NCBI RefSeq assembly: GCF_006345805.1
Contig: NC_042999.1
Location: 37,200,001 to 37,264,000 of the forward strand
Source: Octopus sinensis
Lineage: Eukaryota
Direction: 5' to 3'
Length of the DNA stretch: 64,000 nt
Numbering within the stretch: the stretch's first letter is position 1; every line of letters starts with the position of its first letter. The notes below the pieces were generated by a model. It did not search any database. It worked only from the letters and a program-made list of their open reading frames with translations, and had not been told where the DNA came from. The position numbers and the translations under genes are program-made. This document shows, piece after piece, positions 13,972-27,233 of this stretch.

Positions 13972-14737
13972 GATTTCAAATTTTGGTACAAGACCAGCAA
14001 TTTCAGGGGAGGTAGCGAGTCGATTACATCGACCCCTGTGCTAAACTGGTATTTATTTCGTCGAGAACGAAAGGACGAAAGGTAAGTCAACCTCGGCAGA
14101 ATTTGAATTCAGAAAGTAATGACGGACGAAATCCCTATTTCTTTACTATCCACAGGGGGCTAAACACAGAGGGGACAAACAAAGACAGACAAACGGATTA
14201 AGTCGATTATATCGACCCCAGTGCGTAACTGGTACTTATTTAATCGACCCCGAAAGGATGAAAGGCAAAGTCGACCTCAGCGGAATTAGAATTCAGAACG
14301 TAGCCGCAGACGAAATACCTATTTCTTTACTACCCACAAAGGGGCTAAACACAGAGAAGACAAACAAAGACAGACAAACAGATTAAGTCGATTATATCGA
14401 CCCCAGTGCGTAACTGGTACTTATTTAATCGACCCCGAAAGGATGAAAGGCAAAGTCGACCTCGGTGGAATTTGAACTCAGAACGTAGCCGCAGACGAAA
14501 TACCTATTTCTTTATTGCCCACAAGGGGCTAAACACAGAGAGGGCAAACAAGGACAGACAAACGGATCAAGTCGATTGTATCGACCCCAGTGCGTAACTG
14601 GTACTTATTTAATCGACCTCGAAAGGATGAAAGGTAAAGTCGACCTCGGCGGAATTTGAATTCAGAACGTAGCCGCAGACGAAATACCGTTAAGTAATTT
14701 GTCCAGAATGCTAACAATTCTGAAAGCTCGCTGCCTT
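13972..14737 (-). mobile_element. SINE C tandem multimer: three ~185-bp young units joined to an older C-variant unit
   Basis: Unit junctions at about 14135, 14319 and 14504; only one head (14700-14737). Confidence 0.9.
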
Positions 14738-14973
14738 ACTCCCCTGTGACATATTCATAAGAACAAAACACACAAAAGATTTTCATTTACCATTTCTAGT
14801 TAATTATAAGATATTTAGAAGGAAACTTGTGGCTTTGATGCTTTTTTTCCAAGAAAATTTATAACGTTAATGGAGTTAAATTAAACAATCAAAGCAGGAA
14901 TAGAAATTGTCAACTGATTTAGTATGAGTTTAGTCACTGCTATAGTTACCACCACCACCGCCACAACAACAAT

Positions 14974-15017
<44 letters not shown>

Positions 15018-15620
15018 TTAGTAGTAGTAGTCAGTAGTAGTAGTAGTAGTCTAGTAGTAGTAGTATTAGTAACCAACGACGGTAGTTCGACTTGTTACAG
15101 ATAACCGCCAAAAGTGATAGAATAGTAGGGGTTATGAAAAGGGTCAGCATTCTTCTTCCTATCAACTGACGGGGCGAGGTAATAGCACCTAATCCTCTTC
15201 CTTTCCAAACTCCATATCACTGTAACCAAATCTCCCTTAAATCATACCGTATCTCCTTAATGGAAAAAATTAAAAAAAAGCAAGTTACACACTTGATTCG
15301 ATAATGTTTTATACACCCCAGAAAACACCCATAAATATAATCTTTTCCTTAACATTTCCAAAAAATGCTACGGTATCCATCATCTGCTTATCTCTGGGAA
15401 CAAACAAACCTTGCTACTTAGAAATGAAAACGGTTACTGTTTTAAAGAGAGGAACTCTCTCATTAACCACGTTCAATTTCTTAAATTTTTATGTTTTACA
15501 CGAGGGGTGGGTGGGTGAAGATTAACATTTTGCCCGATATACGTACATATATATATATATATAATACACACATACACACACACACATATATATAATACAT
15601 ATATTTTGAGATATATGTTA

Positions 15621-16031
15621 TTTATTTCTTTACAAGGGGCTAAACATAGACGGGACAAACAAGGACAGACAAAGGGATGAAGTCGATTACAACGACCCCA
15701 GTGTGTAACTGGTACTTAAGTTATCGACCCCGAAAGGATGAAAGGCAAAGTCGACCTCGGCGGAATTTGAACTCAGAACGTAACGGCAGACGAAATACCT
15801 ATTTCTTTACTACCCACAAGGGGCTAAACACAGAGAGGACAAACAAGGACAGACAAACGGATGAAGTCGATTATATCGACCCCAGTGTGTAACTGGTACT
15901 TAATTTATCGACCCCGAAAGGATGAAAGGCAAGGTCGACCTCGGCGGAATTTGAATTCAGAACGTGACGGCTGACGAAATATCGCTAAGCATTTTGCCCG
16001 GCGTGCTAACGATTCTGCCAGTTCGCCGCCT
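15621..16031 (-). mobile_element. SINE C dimer with 15-bp TSD
   Basis: TSD ttgagatatatgtta at 15606-15620 and 16032-16046; unit junction at about 15800. Confidence 0.9.
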
Positions 16032-16068
16032 TTGAGATATATGTTAGATAGATAATACATATAACTGG

Positions 16069-16368
16069 TACTCCGTCGGTTATGACGACAAGTGTTCCAG
16101 TTAATCCCATCAGCGGAACAGCCTGCTCACGAAATTAATATGCAAGCGGCTGAGCCCTCCACAGGCTCGCGTACCCTTAACGTAGTTCTCAACGAGATGC
16201 AGCATGACAAGGCTGACCCTTTGAAATACAGGTACAACTCAATTTTGCCAGCTGAGTGGACTAGAGCAACGTGAAATAAAATGTGTGGCTCAAGGGACAC
16301 AACGCACCGCCGGAAATCGAACTCATGACATTTCGATCGTGAACCGAATACCCCTAACCACTAAGCCT
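16069..16368 (-). mobile_element. SINE family B (linker L2, body B1)
   Basis: Shares body B1 with 49236-49622 but has the alternative linker; sister copy at 56126-56423. Confidence 0.75.
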
Positions 16369-16540
16369 TCGACTATAAAACATATATATTACAAGTATAA
16401 TACATACATAATGCAAAAACACTCTGCAGACTGCGATATATTTTCTGTCTGTGTGGCCCAGTACCAAATGATCTACGGCTCTAAACTGATTCACGGCCCG
16501 GTTGTTGGGGATTCCTGTTTAGCAGGACCTAAGAGACTGG

Positions 16541-16620
<80 letters not shown>

Positions 16621-16713
16621 TTCAAATTGGAGTCCTAGTCCAAGTACTTGCTACTGAATGGAGTCTGCTATAGGAGTCCATGGTGCCAGGAGGTCATTGA
16701 CGTTGCTATAGAG

Positions 16714-17216
16714 CAGGAGTGAAGAAACCCCCACCCGCGGGCGCAGTTGCTCCCGCGAGCCCATTTCATTATGCCCGCAGGCTCATATACTCATATGTAC
16801 AAAATATAGTAAATTTTTCAATTATAAAATTTATACAACAATCGTATGTCTATTTGTAACATAGTTCGCGTTTCCACTACGACTTAAAATGGTCAGACTC
16901 GAACAGAAATCGACCGGTAATTGCCATTTGGATGGAAATTTTGCTTTCACTATAAAACACATATTGCTATGTTAGTACCACCCCACTTCAGACCCAACTA
17001 CACTCTAGCTGAAATATATAAAATACCTCATAAGTAATAAAAACGTCCTAAATTCAGTGGCGGCGTTAATTTAATGTCTTAAACTTATCTTTATTTATGT
17101 ATATGAAATTATTCATAGATATATACAAGATTTACACAGATATAAGATTTAGAACCTGTGATCCGCCCGCAGACCCTTTTCTTAGGACCCGAGCACTAAA
17201 ATGTTTCCCACCCCTG
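16714..17216. mobile_element. hAT-type MITE, 503 bp
   Basis: Exact 8-bp TSD ctatagag (16706-16713 and 17217-17224); imperfect TIRs caggagtgaagaaa / tttcccacccctg. Confidence 0.8.
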
Positions 17217-17814
17217 CTATAGAGCATCCCACCCGGGGCACCCAACCCCATCTCTATACAGCAGACACAAACGTGCAGTTCCTATACAGGCTTATACAGC
17301 AAATCTAAAAGTGCCGTCCCCATAGATGTGTCGCCCGGGGCGCACAGCCCTCTTCATACCAATTAGCTATGCTACTGCTCGTAGTGATGGTCATTAATAT
17401 CTGTTTCTTTCTATCATATGTACAGTTCTTCAAAATGTTAGGGAGCACGAGGTAGGATAAAGTCAATTACGATCGACATCAGTCCCTGATTAGTAAAGCT
17501 TTCAAATGGGCATTGGTTCAGTCGGTACATCAGTCCGAGACGCGAAGAGGTAGAGAGAGTGCTCTATGATTATCTAAAGAGCCTTCACTCCCCAAAAAAC
17601 AGAAACCCCCTTCTGTTCTCTAGAATTTTGACAATACTCTCTCCCCATCTGAAGCCCGAAAGCGGAGCCAGTCTTGTGGTTTGCTGTCCTGGCAAGTAGG
17701 ATTTTGGTACCCTTACATGTACAACTAAATAATTTTTTAAAAAATGACAAAGAGTAAAAGCTACAAATAGAGATACAAAGTGTCTATTTTTATATTATTT
17801 TTCTCCCTTTTCAA

Positions 17815-18100
17815 GCCTAGCTAGGCTCATGGGCCTGGTTTCCCGGTTTCTATGGCGTATGTGTTCCCCCCAGCTGGACGGGACGCCAGTCCATCGCAGC
17901 GTTACTCAAGAAACTGGAAGTAAGAGTGAGAGAAAGTTGGGGCGAAAGGGTACAATAGGAGTCACACCCCCTACCGGAGCCTCGTGGAGCTTTTAGGTGT
18001 TTTCGCTCAAAGAACACACACAACGCCCGGTCTGGGAATCGAAACCGCGATCCTCCGTCCGCGAGTCCGCTGCCCTAACCACTGGGCCATTGCGCCTCCA
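17815..18100 (-). mobile_element. SINE family B (linker L1, body B2 with Meta/V-like core)
   Basis: Core gctgcgatggactggcgtcccgtccag...gaaaccggg is shared with 34144-34392 and 36505-36805. Confidence 0.75.
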
Positions 18101-18505
18101 AAGTGTTTTATTACAGTTTATTAAATGTATATAAAACGGTTTATTTAATTTATTTTCTTATTTTATTCCTGGGAATATCTCGAGCGCCTGACGTGGTACC
18201 CTACCGAATTCCAAACACCTAACAGCCTGGGCGACTGCCTAAAATGTAGGTGTCTACAGTCGGTCCTGTCCGAAAGTAGCCTTGTTTCACCTTACCAAAT
18301 TTCTACCAGAAGCCCTTGTTAATTAAAGGCGAGAGCATATAAAATGCACTCCCCTTCCCCCACAAAAGCCTAAAAAAAATCACTCCGGGTTCTAAATGTG
18401 AATTTGCTTTAAATATTATTTCTGCTATTGGCACCAGGCCTGAAATTTAGTGGGAGGGCTATAGTCGCTGACATCAGCTCCAGTGCTGAACTGGTATTTA
18501 TTTTA

Positions 18506-18737
18506 AGGCGGCGAGCTGGCAGAAACGTTAGCACGCCGGGCGAAATGCTTAGCGGTATTTCGTCTGCCGCTACGTTCTGAGTTCAAATTCCGCCGAGGTC
18601 GACTTTGCCTTTCATCCTTTCGGGGTCGATTAAATAAGTACCAGTTGCGCACTGGGGTCGATATAATCGACTTAATCCGTTTGTCTGTCCGTGTTTGTTC
18701 TCTCTTTGTTTAGCCCCTTGTGGGTAGTAAAGAAAAA
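18506..18737 (+). mobile_element. SINE C inserted antisense into an older C-variant copy
   Basis: Exact 13-bp TSD ggtatttatttta at 18493-18505 and 18738-18750. Confidence 0.9.
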
Positions 18738-19379
18738 GGTATTTATTTTATCGATACCGAAAGGATGAAAGGCAAAGTCGACATCAGATGAATTTGAACT
18801 CAGAACGTAAAGAGTTGGAAGAAATGCTGCCTGGAATTTTGTCTGACGTGTTAATGATTCTGCCATTTCGCTGCCCTTATAATAATTCTCTCTAATTTTG
18901 GCACAAGGCCGGTAAGTTTGAGAGAAGAGGGCAGTCGATTAAAATGACTTTAGTGTTCAGCTGTTGCTTTCGTCGACTCCAAAAAGATGAAAGGCAAAGC
19001 TGACCTCAGTGGAATGTGAACTCAGAATGTAGGGAACTGAAAAAAAAGTGCCGTCAAGCAATTCGCCCGATGCGCTAATGATTCTGCCAGCTCGTCGAAT
19101 TAGATGCTTTAAATATTGGTTTCAAATTTTGGCACAAGGCCAGAAATTTCGAGGGAGGAGTTAATTTGATTACATCGACCCAGTGTTCAACTGATACTTA
19201 ATTTGTTGACCCCCAAGAGGATGAAAGGCAAAGTCGACGCCGGTGGAATTTGAACTCCGAATGTAACGACGGACACATTGCAGCTAAGTGTTTGCTCGGT
19301 GTGCTAACGATTCTGCCTGCTTTAATGCACTAAAATAACTACATGCTTTAATGCACTAAAATAACTAAACAAAGCAAAA

Positions 19380-19520
19380 CTTTCTAGGACCATTATTATT
19401 TATCGTCACCCTATCATGTATAAGTTCACAGGTGCACATAACTTAACGAGCTACGCCGATGACTCAAGAACATCGACGGCTATTTTAAACGCCTGAAGAT
19501 GTCACACTCCAAATTGTCGT
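19380..19520 (+). mobile_element. Short LINE reverse transcriptase fragment
   Basis: LGPLLF and SYADD motifs; homologous to 22261-22390. Confidence 0.6.
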
Positions 19521-19650
19521 TCGAATATTTGCTACAACCAGCGAGATCTGCACCCACTGAAATCAAGATGCATCTAATATGCTCGTGTGTCTTTTTTGCC
19601 TATCAAATACGGTAATTATTCAGCACTGAAAGGTTGAAAGGAAATCAGAT

Positions 19651-19896
19651 TCTCTTTTACTCTTTTACTTGTTTCAGTCACTTTGACTGTGGCAACGCTG
19701 GAGCACCGCCTTTAGTCGGAGCAAATCGACCCCAGGACTTATTCTTTGTAAGCCCAGTACTTATTCTATCGGTCTCTTTTGCCGAACCGCTAAGTTAGGG
19801 GATGTAAACACACCAGCATCGGTTGTCAAGCGATGTTGGGGGGACAAACATAGACAAATAAACACACACACACACACACATACATACATACATACA

Positions 19897-19986
<90 letters not shown>

Positions 19987-20168
19987 ATATATGTATATAT
20001 ACACACATATATACGACGGGCTTCTTTCAGTTTCTGTCTACCAAATCCTCTCACAAGGTTTTGGTCGGCCCGAGGCTATAGTAGAAAACACTCACCCAAG
20101 GTGCCACGCAGTGGGCCTGAACTCGGGACCATGTGGTTCGTTAGCAAGCTACTTACCACACAGCCACT
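19651..20168 (-). mobile_element. SINE family A with expanded internal (CA)/(TA) microsatellite
   Basis: Homology to the other A copies on both sides of the microsatellite. Confidence 0.85.
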
Positions 20169-21199
20169 AAAAAAAATGTATATAGTTAATTAGTGCAATA
20201 TATTTTACTCATCGTGCAACCGACTCTGCGAACCCACTACTGTAATACTTTTCTTAACATCCGTTTCAGATTTTGGCACAGCGCCAGCAATTTCAAGGGA
20301 GACGGTAAGTTGAATACGTTGAACCCCCCCCCCCAGTGCTCAGGTAGTACCTATTTTGTCGATCCTGAAAAGATGAAAGACAAAATATCCCGCGGCGGAA
20401 TTTCAACTCAGAATGTAATACCTATTTCTTTATTACCCACAAGGGGCTAAACACAGAGGGGACAAACAAGGACAGACAAACGGATTAAGTCGATTACATC
20501 GATCCCAGGGCGTAACTGGTACTTACTTTGCCTTTCATCCGAAAGGATGAAAGGCAAAGTCGACCTCGGCGGAATTTGAACTCAGAACGTAACGGCAGAC
20601 GAAATACCGCTAAGTATTTTGCCCAGAATGCTAACGTTTCTGTCAGCTCGCCGCCCTATTACTTATAATATCGCCAGTTTATTTTTTTTCTAACAATAAG
20701 TCTATTGAGGTCTGATAAGTTTAGAATGGCAGTAATTATTTTTGAACTTTACTTAAAAATATTTGGTCAACAGTAACCAACGCCTTTAAATGGAACAGAC
20801 GCCCCATGTAGACGGTTATATGCTGGTGCCTTTGTATTATATTGATGATGGACCGAAGGCATTTGGGTTTGTTTCTTAAGATAAACACTGAACTATTTTA
20901 GCTATTAACATAATTCCGCTCTTATATATTTTAATGGTCTTTATCGTAGTTATTCTCTGTCTTTCACTCTCTTTCTGTCTGTCTTGTCCTATCATTCTTT
21001 GAATGTATGCGTGTATGTGTGTGTGTATGTATGAATGCTTGGATGGGTACATGCACGTAGACATGTTTGTATAATTTTATGTACGAATGTGTATCAGTAT
21101 GTATGTATGTATGTATGTATGTATGTATGTATGTATGTATGTATGTATGTATGTATGTATGCAACTATGTTGTATATGCATATGTATGTACATATGTAC

Positions 21200-21247
<48 letters not shown>

Positions 21248-21354
21248 CTGCTCGCTTAGCCAGCGGGGTGGCGTCATTCGAAGGCTAAAACAATGCGAAC
21301 GCATTGTGACCAGCGATGTGTAACAACATCTGATGGTCTGGTCGGTCACGTGAT

Positions 21355-21397
<43 letters not shown>

Positions 21398-21421
21398 AAA
21401 ATGTATGCACAAATATGTTTG

Positions 21422-21582
<161 letters not shown>

Positions 21583-21891
21583 TTTGCATCTAGATATTTT
21601 ATGCCTGTATGTTCACGCGTGTCTGTATTTGTGTGTATATATATATATATGACTGTATACGTACATATCTATATGTATGTACGTACGTACGTTGTATCTA
21701 TTGTACCTATTGCTTTTCGTTTATTTTTACATTTCATGTTTTTTTCTTCAACAGTCAACAAAAAAAAAGCAACATATTACGAACACCCTCATCCACCAAC
21801 CCAACTCCCCACATACAATTAGTCGCATAGTTGTCTAGCAGCAGTCAAGCGAACAATCAAAACAAACCAACCAGACAAACTACGTCTAGGC

Positions 21892-22032
21892 CAGCGTTTT
21901 TCAAACTTTTTTTTGTCGCGACCCACTGAAGGGTCGAGACCCAGTTTGAAAAACGTTGGTTTATATTTGCACTTTGCACCCACTTGCGTTTTTTTTTCTG
22001 AAAGGTCGGGACCCACAGTTTGAAAAACGCTA
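21892..22032. mobile_element. hAT (Charlie-like) MITE, 141 bp
   Basis: TIRs cagcgtttttcaaac / gtttgaaaaacgcta. TSD gtctaggc / gtttaggc (7 of 8 match). An extra internal right-TIR copy lies at about 21943-21957. Confidence 0.7.
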
Positions 22033-22139
22033 GTTTAGGCGGTTGTCCTGCCTGCTAGAAATAGTAGCAAAATCTCTTAGATCTAGGACAGATTGGGAAA
22101 TTTAAGCTCCTTATAAGACTGACCATGGAATGATCTGCC

Positions 22140-22845
22140 AGAAGTTAAGGGATCTTGGTATTACAGGAAAACTCGGAGAATGGCTCTTTGACTTCTCATT
22201 GCAAACGGTTTTCTCTCTGCAAAGTCACCTGTAATAAGTGGTATACCTCAAGGCACAATTCTGGGACCATTATTATTTATCATCACCCTATCAGGTATAA
22301 GCTCACAAGTGCACTCGACCAACCTGACGAACTACGCCTATTACTCAAGAGCATCGATGACTGTCCAAACTCTTGAAGATGTCACATTTTTATAATGAGC
22401 TAAACCTCATTTATCTATGGGTAGATAAAAACAACATGAAATTGAAAATATCAAAATTTCAGGTTCTGCATTACGGAAGGAAAACGCACAAATCATTATT
22501 TGACACAAGACAACACAATGGTTCAGAGCGCTAATGACATACAGAACTTGGAGTAATCCTGTCAAATGAGGTATCTTTCATCAGTCACATCACCAAACTG
22601 ACCTCTGAATGCAGACATCTCATGAAATGGATCTTACGAACCTTCGTGAAAAAACAACCGGTAGTTTTGCCGACTCTGTGCAAAACTTTACTTCTGAGCA
22701 GATTAAATTACTGCTCACAGCTTTGGCCTCCAAACTCATTTGGTTTCATGGAATAGATTGTAAAATAACTGTAAAATAACTTCGGTTATAAGTCTTAATT
22801 ACTGGGAATGTCTGAAAGCTCAACGTTTCAACTCTTTTTGAATGC

Positions 22846-22891
<46 letters not shown>

Positions 22892-23325
22892 CACTGCCAT
22901 ATACGTATGGAAAATCCTGGAGTGTCATGTTCCGAATTTCGGCATTAGAGAGAATTTCAATGCACCAACAGGTAGATATTCTTAGCTTCCAAATACACCA
23001 CCTTTCAGAATCACGAGCAAAAATACGCTATTGTACCAATCTGATATTTAGAGGCCCTCAGTTGTTCAACTTCCTTCCTAAAGAAATCAGAAATATATAA
23101 AAGACTTCTACTGAAGCATTAAAAAAACAACAGAAAAAAAAACAAACAAAAACATTGGATAAACCCCTAATGGACGAAACCGGACAAGCCAACTATTTAA
23201 AGATACACGCACAGACCAACTTCCAACCATAAAGCGATAACAAAACTGAAAGAAAATAAGTTAAGGCGGTGTTCCAGTATGGACGCATCATACGATTGAA
23301 ACCACTAGAATAATAAAAGAAAAAT
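22140..23325 (+). mobile_element. Decayed LINE 3' end (CR1/I-group-like RT region to 3' tail)
   Basis: Frameshifted LGITGKLGEWL, VISGIPQGTILGPLL and YAxxT motifs; A-rich 3' end whose last ~40 nt resemble the SINE A tail. Confidence 0.75.
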
Positions 23326-23893
23326 ATTACGGAGATGTACTTGCATAGCAAGTGACCTGATCTGAGATCGTGTGCTGGAACGAAAGCAATTGCTGCGTGG
23401 AAAGTGTTTATAAGCCATTTAAGAAACACACAAAATCCGATTTTGTGTGTTTCTTAAATGGCTTATAAACCACCTTCCACGCTGCAAAAGAAAAATATAT
23501 ATCTGCTATATAAATGAGTGTGTAAGTGTGTATTTGTATATCACCGAAAGGCTCTGAAATGGCGCGTCCTAGAGAAAAACGGATTTGATTTTCGAAATCT
23601 GAGTCCCAAAGGTTTTCGATAAATATTAATCAAGAAATATAATTTACTACGAGAAATAACTCGACTTTCGGATCGCTAAACCTACAACTCTCTATCTGTT
23701 CTATATGTCAATAAGTTTCTCTCTGTTTTTTACATTTCCCCCTCTCTATATATATTTACCAGGCCCTTTCTCACTGTTCCTCTGCATATGTATATCTCTC
23801 ACGCTTGCTACTCCCCACTCTCTTCATATGATACGCAATTGCTTTTATTTTGTTTAAAAACTTCGTCGTTGTATTTTTTTAGTTTTATTTTGT

Positions 23894-24418
23894 AATAGAA
23901 ACAGATTGGGTTTATTTACCTTTGTGAAGAAAAAAAGATACCCTTCTCCCCACCCCTAACCCTAACCCTAAAAGAGATTGAAATGCAATAGATCGATTCT
24001 AGGGTCATAATTATGGGTGACAATTTCATATGACACCGCTAGAAAAAACATGAAATTGTCACCCATAATTATGACCCTAGAATCGATCTATTGCATTTCA
24101 ATCTCTTTTAGGGTTAGGGGTGGGGGAAGGGTATCTTTTTTTCTTCACAAATATAAATAAACCCAATGTGTTTATTAAACGAGGGACATATTCGTACGGC
24201 ACAAAATGCTTTTTAACTCAATAGACGCCAGTGATTGGTTGAAATTGCAGAAATTGAAGAAATTAAAGACCAAATATCTTACAAACAATGGAATTTTCTC
24301 AATAAAGCCAAGAGAAAAAGATGTTTTATAAACACATTCTACCAGTATACGAAGTTTAAAATTTTTTAGTTACCTAGAAATTATGTTAAAAACTGCCGTT
24401 CAAACCGAAAAGATCCCA
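23894..24418. mobile_element. MITE-like element whose 5' part is duplicated in inverted orientation
   Basis: Arms 23894-24029 and 24050-24176; the element ends aaaactgccgttcaaaccgaaaagatccc. A related element lies at 63660-64000. Confidence 0.7.
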
Positions 24419-24818
24419 ATTCATTACAAATATAAGGGTAACGAATTATTAATTTAATAATTAATAAATTTTACCAATTAGTTTTGGTATGGAAAGAGAA
24501 CCATTATCGTAAGAAAGTTTACAAAAAGTTTTTTTTATATATAAATATAATTAAGGGTTAAGCAACAAGCTGCTTCACCACATACCGAAAATTTAAAAAT
24601 AGCAGCTGATGTCGAGAATGAATTTGTATAATTCTAACCCAGAAACGCGTCCACAATTAATCGAAGACTGTTTGATTTCGTTATTTTTCTCTTTTTACCT
24701 ATGTGAGTTACAAATGTTGTTATCTGTGGAGTAATATCTGTAGTAAAAAGGAATAAGCTGTCTTTGGCTGCTATTTCTAAATTTTCGGTATGTGGTGAAG
24801 CAATATGTTGCTTAATCC

Positions 24819-24877
<59 letters not shown>

Positions 24878-26306
24878 GATTTAATAAATAAATAAAACAT
24901 ATGCATATATACATACATATATGTACGTACCTACCTCTACATGTATATATACATGCATATATGAGTATAGGACACCAAAAAAACGTCGAACACAATGAGA
25001 AACGAAAACATAAACGCAAAACCAAGGAAATGGACATTTTTCTTAAACAACGAAAAAATAGAGTACAGGACATACAAAACAAGGAAAATTCCCCTTCTTC
25101 AGTCGCCTTTGTTTCATCTACTCCACGTTTCGAAGGTATCCTGTAAAAGGTCATAGTTACCGCTTTTGTCTTTTTATTTGAAGATAAATGAAAATCGGAA
25201 AAAGAAAAAAAAACGTGATGGTCAGGACTGGAATACTCTTGATTCTGATTCTACTTACTCAGGTATACTCCTGAGGTTGGGTTAAGAAATATATACTCTC
25301 GAGGTTGAACAACAACCAGGTATCAAATAGCGAAATAAAACCTTTTGTTACCAATACCACCACCACCACCACAACTGCCACCACTGTTACTACTATCACA
25401 CTTATAACCACCCCTACAACCTCTACCACTACATTCACCACCACCACCATCTCAATGACCACCACCACCAACACAATTACCCCCACCCTTTATATCACCA
25501 CCAACACCGCCCCGCCGCCGCCGCCGCCGCAGCCACCTGTTACCGTCCAACTGCTGTTACATTGCAAGCATTGTTTCCTGGCTTAATTTCTCAACATATT
25601 GATTTCATTTGGATGTATGTCGTTATTTAACCCCAGGTAGGCTCCGATATAAAAGATCTATGTTGGATTTTATTATTGCTGTTGTTGTTTAACGCCAGGT
25701 CATCGCTGATATAACAGACCGTTATTGTGCATGTTTTGAAGTACCGACTGAGCACGAGGGGCGATGTAATCGACTTAATCACTCTCCTAAATTTATGGCC
25801 TTACACCAATTTTGGAAACCATTATTGTTGTTTCATCCCAGGTCAGTCCTGATAAAAGAGCTCAATGATGAGTGGGAAAGTTGTTATACAGGTATATTAG
25901 ATGCTGTATTTAGAATTTCGCTTTATATAGACAGTTTGGAATTCTTTTATTACTTGTTTACTAGAAGTCAAGAATGTTTGGAAACGCACGGTTTCGTAAA
26001 GGTTACGAAACTGTAACATAGATACAAAATGTTCAGATGTACATATTTTTGTTAAGTCCTAAATGCATGAGATAGCTATAGATCTTTTATCTTTTACTTG
26101 TTTCTGCAGCCATGCTTGTGTACCGCCTTGAAGGATTTTACTCGAACAGATTGACTCTAGTACTTAAGCCTGGTACTTATTCTAACCGATTCTGTTCTCC
26201 AACCGCTAAGACACGGGAACGTAAACGAACTAACACCGCGGTGGTGCTGGGACAAACATAGACACAAAAACACACGCACACATACACATAGATGTCTACG
26301 ACGAGT

Positions 26307-26447
26307 CACTAGCGTAGCTAGAGTGTGTGCGGCCTTTCAGTTTGCCGCTCCTGGGCCCCCACAACAGGTACGTATTACCTAAAGTAGACCCAGAAGTGCC
26401 GCCCGGGCGCGGACTTCGCCTTTCACCCCACTCTAGCCATGCTAGTG
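26307..26447. mobile_element. hAT-type MITE, 141 bp, nested in a SINE A (about 26093-26580)
   Basis: Exact 8-bp TSD cgacgagt (26299-26306 and 26448-26455); TIRs cactagcgtagctagag / ctctagccatgctagtg. Confidence 0.85.
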
Positions 26448-26836
26448 CGACGAGTTTCCATACAGTTTCCGTTTGAAAAATTCAATCACAAGGCATTAGT
26501 CAGTTCGGGACTATAGTAGAAGACACTTACCCAAGGTACTGCGCAGTGAGACTGAACCCGTGACCACATCCACACCGGCACCATATACAACATATAACAT
26601 ATTTAGTGCGATTTCCATGTTTGTTCGTTAAGAAGTGTGTAATATGTGCTTATAAAAATGCAATATGTACAGAAAATATTCTAACGACTTTTAATTTTTA
26701 AAGCTCAAAAACTTCAGATATAGAAGCAATATATTCAAAACGTTTCAAAGTGCGTTTCTAAAGAATCAAGAAACATTGCTGGGTCAAAAACAGAAGTAGA
26801 TACCTTCTAGCAATTTAGTAACACAACGCGGTTAAA

Positions 26837-27233
26837 TCTTTATATATAAAAGTGAGGTTGTGTGCTGTCTGTCTCCTACGATTTAGATTCCTAACTACTC
26901 CCACATTTTGCGGTGCAGTTTAACCAAAACCGGGTATCTTATAGTCGTGATTCATATCGAGCCCTTCTGGGTATTAGCGCGCGTCTACGATGAGTCTACG
27001 ATTAAAAAAAAAAAATTACCATCAATTTTTCCCATTTTTAGTGCATTTTTGGCATATATAAGGGAAGTAACTCTCTAAAAATTTATTATTAAATCTCAGA
27101 ACGTAAAAAGCTACAGTAACACCCCCCTCTTTGTGGTTAGCCATATTGAGATGGCTATTATACTTTACATCTCTAAAATGCTTATATAGTTATTTCCCTT
27201 ACAAACCCGAGCAACGCCGGGCGATACTGCTAG
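26837..27233 (+). mobile_element. Non-autonomous Helitron
   Basis: A|TCttatatataaaag...cccgagcaacgccgggcgatactgCTAG|T. Confidence 0.75.

Noticed and set aside
13972-14737. CRISPR-like or satellite array
   Set aside because: The units are ~185-bp SINE bodies with no unique spacers, in a eukaryotic context.
23955-23975. Telomeric CCCTAA repeats
   Set aside because: Only two or three units are present, and they are internal to a MITE-like element.
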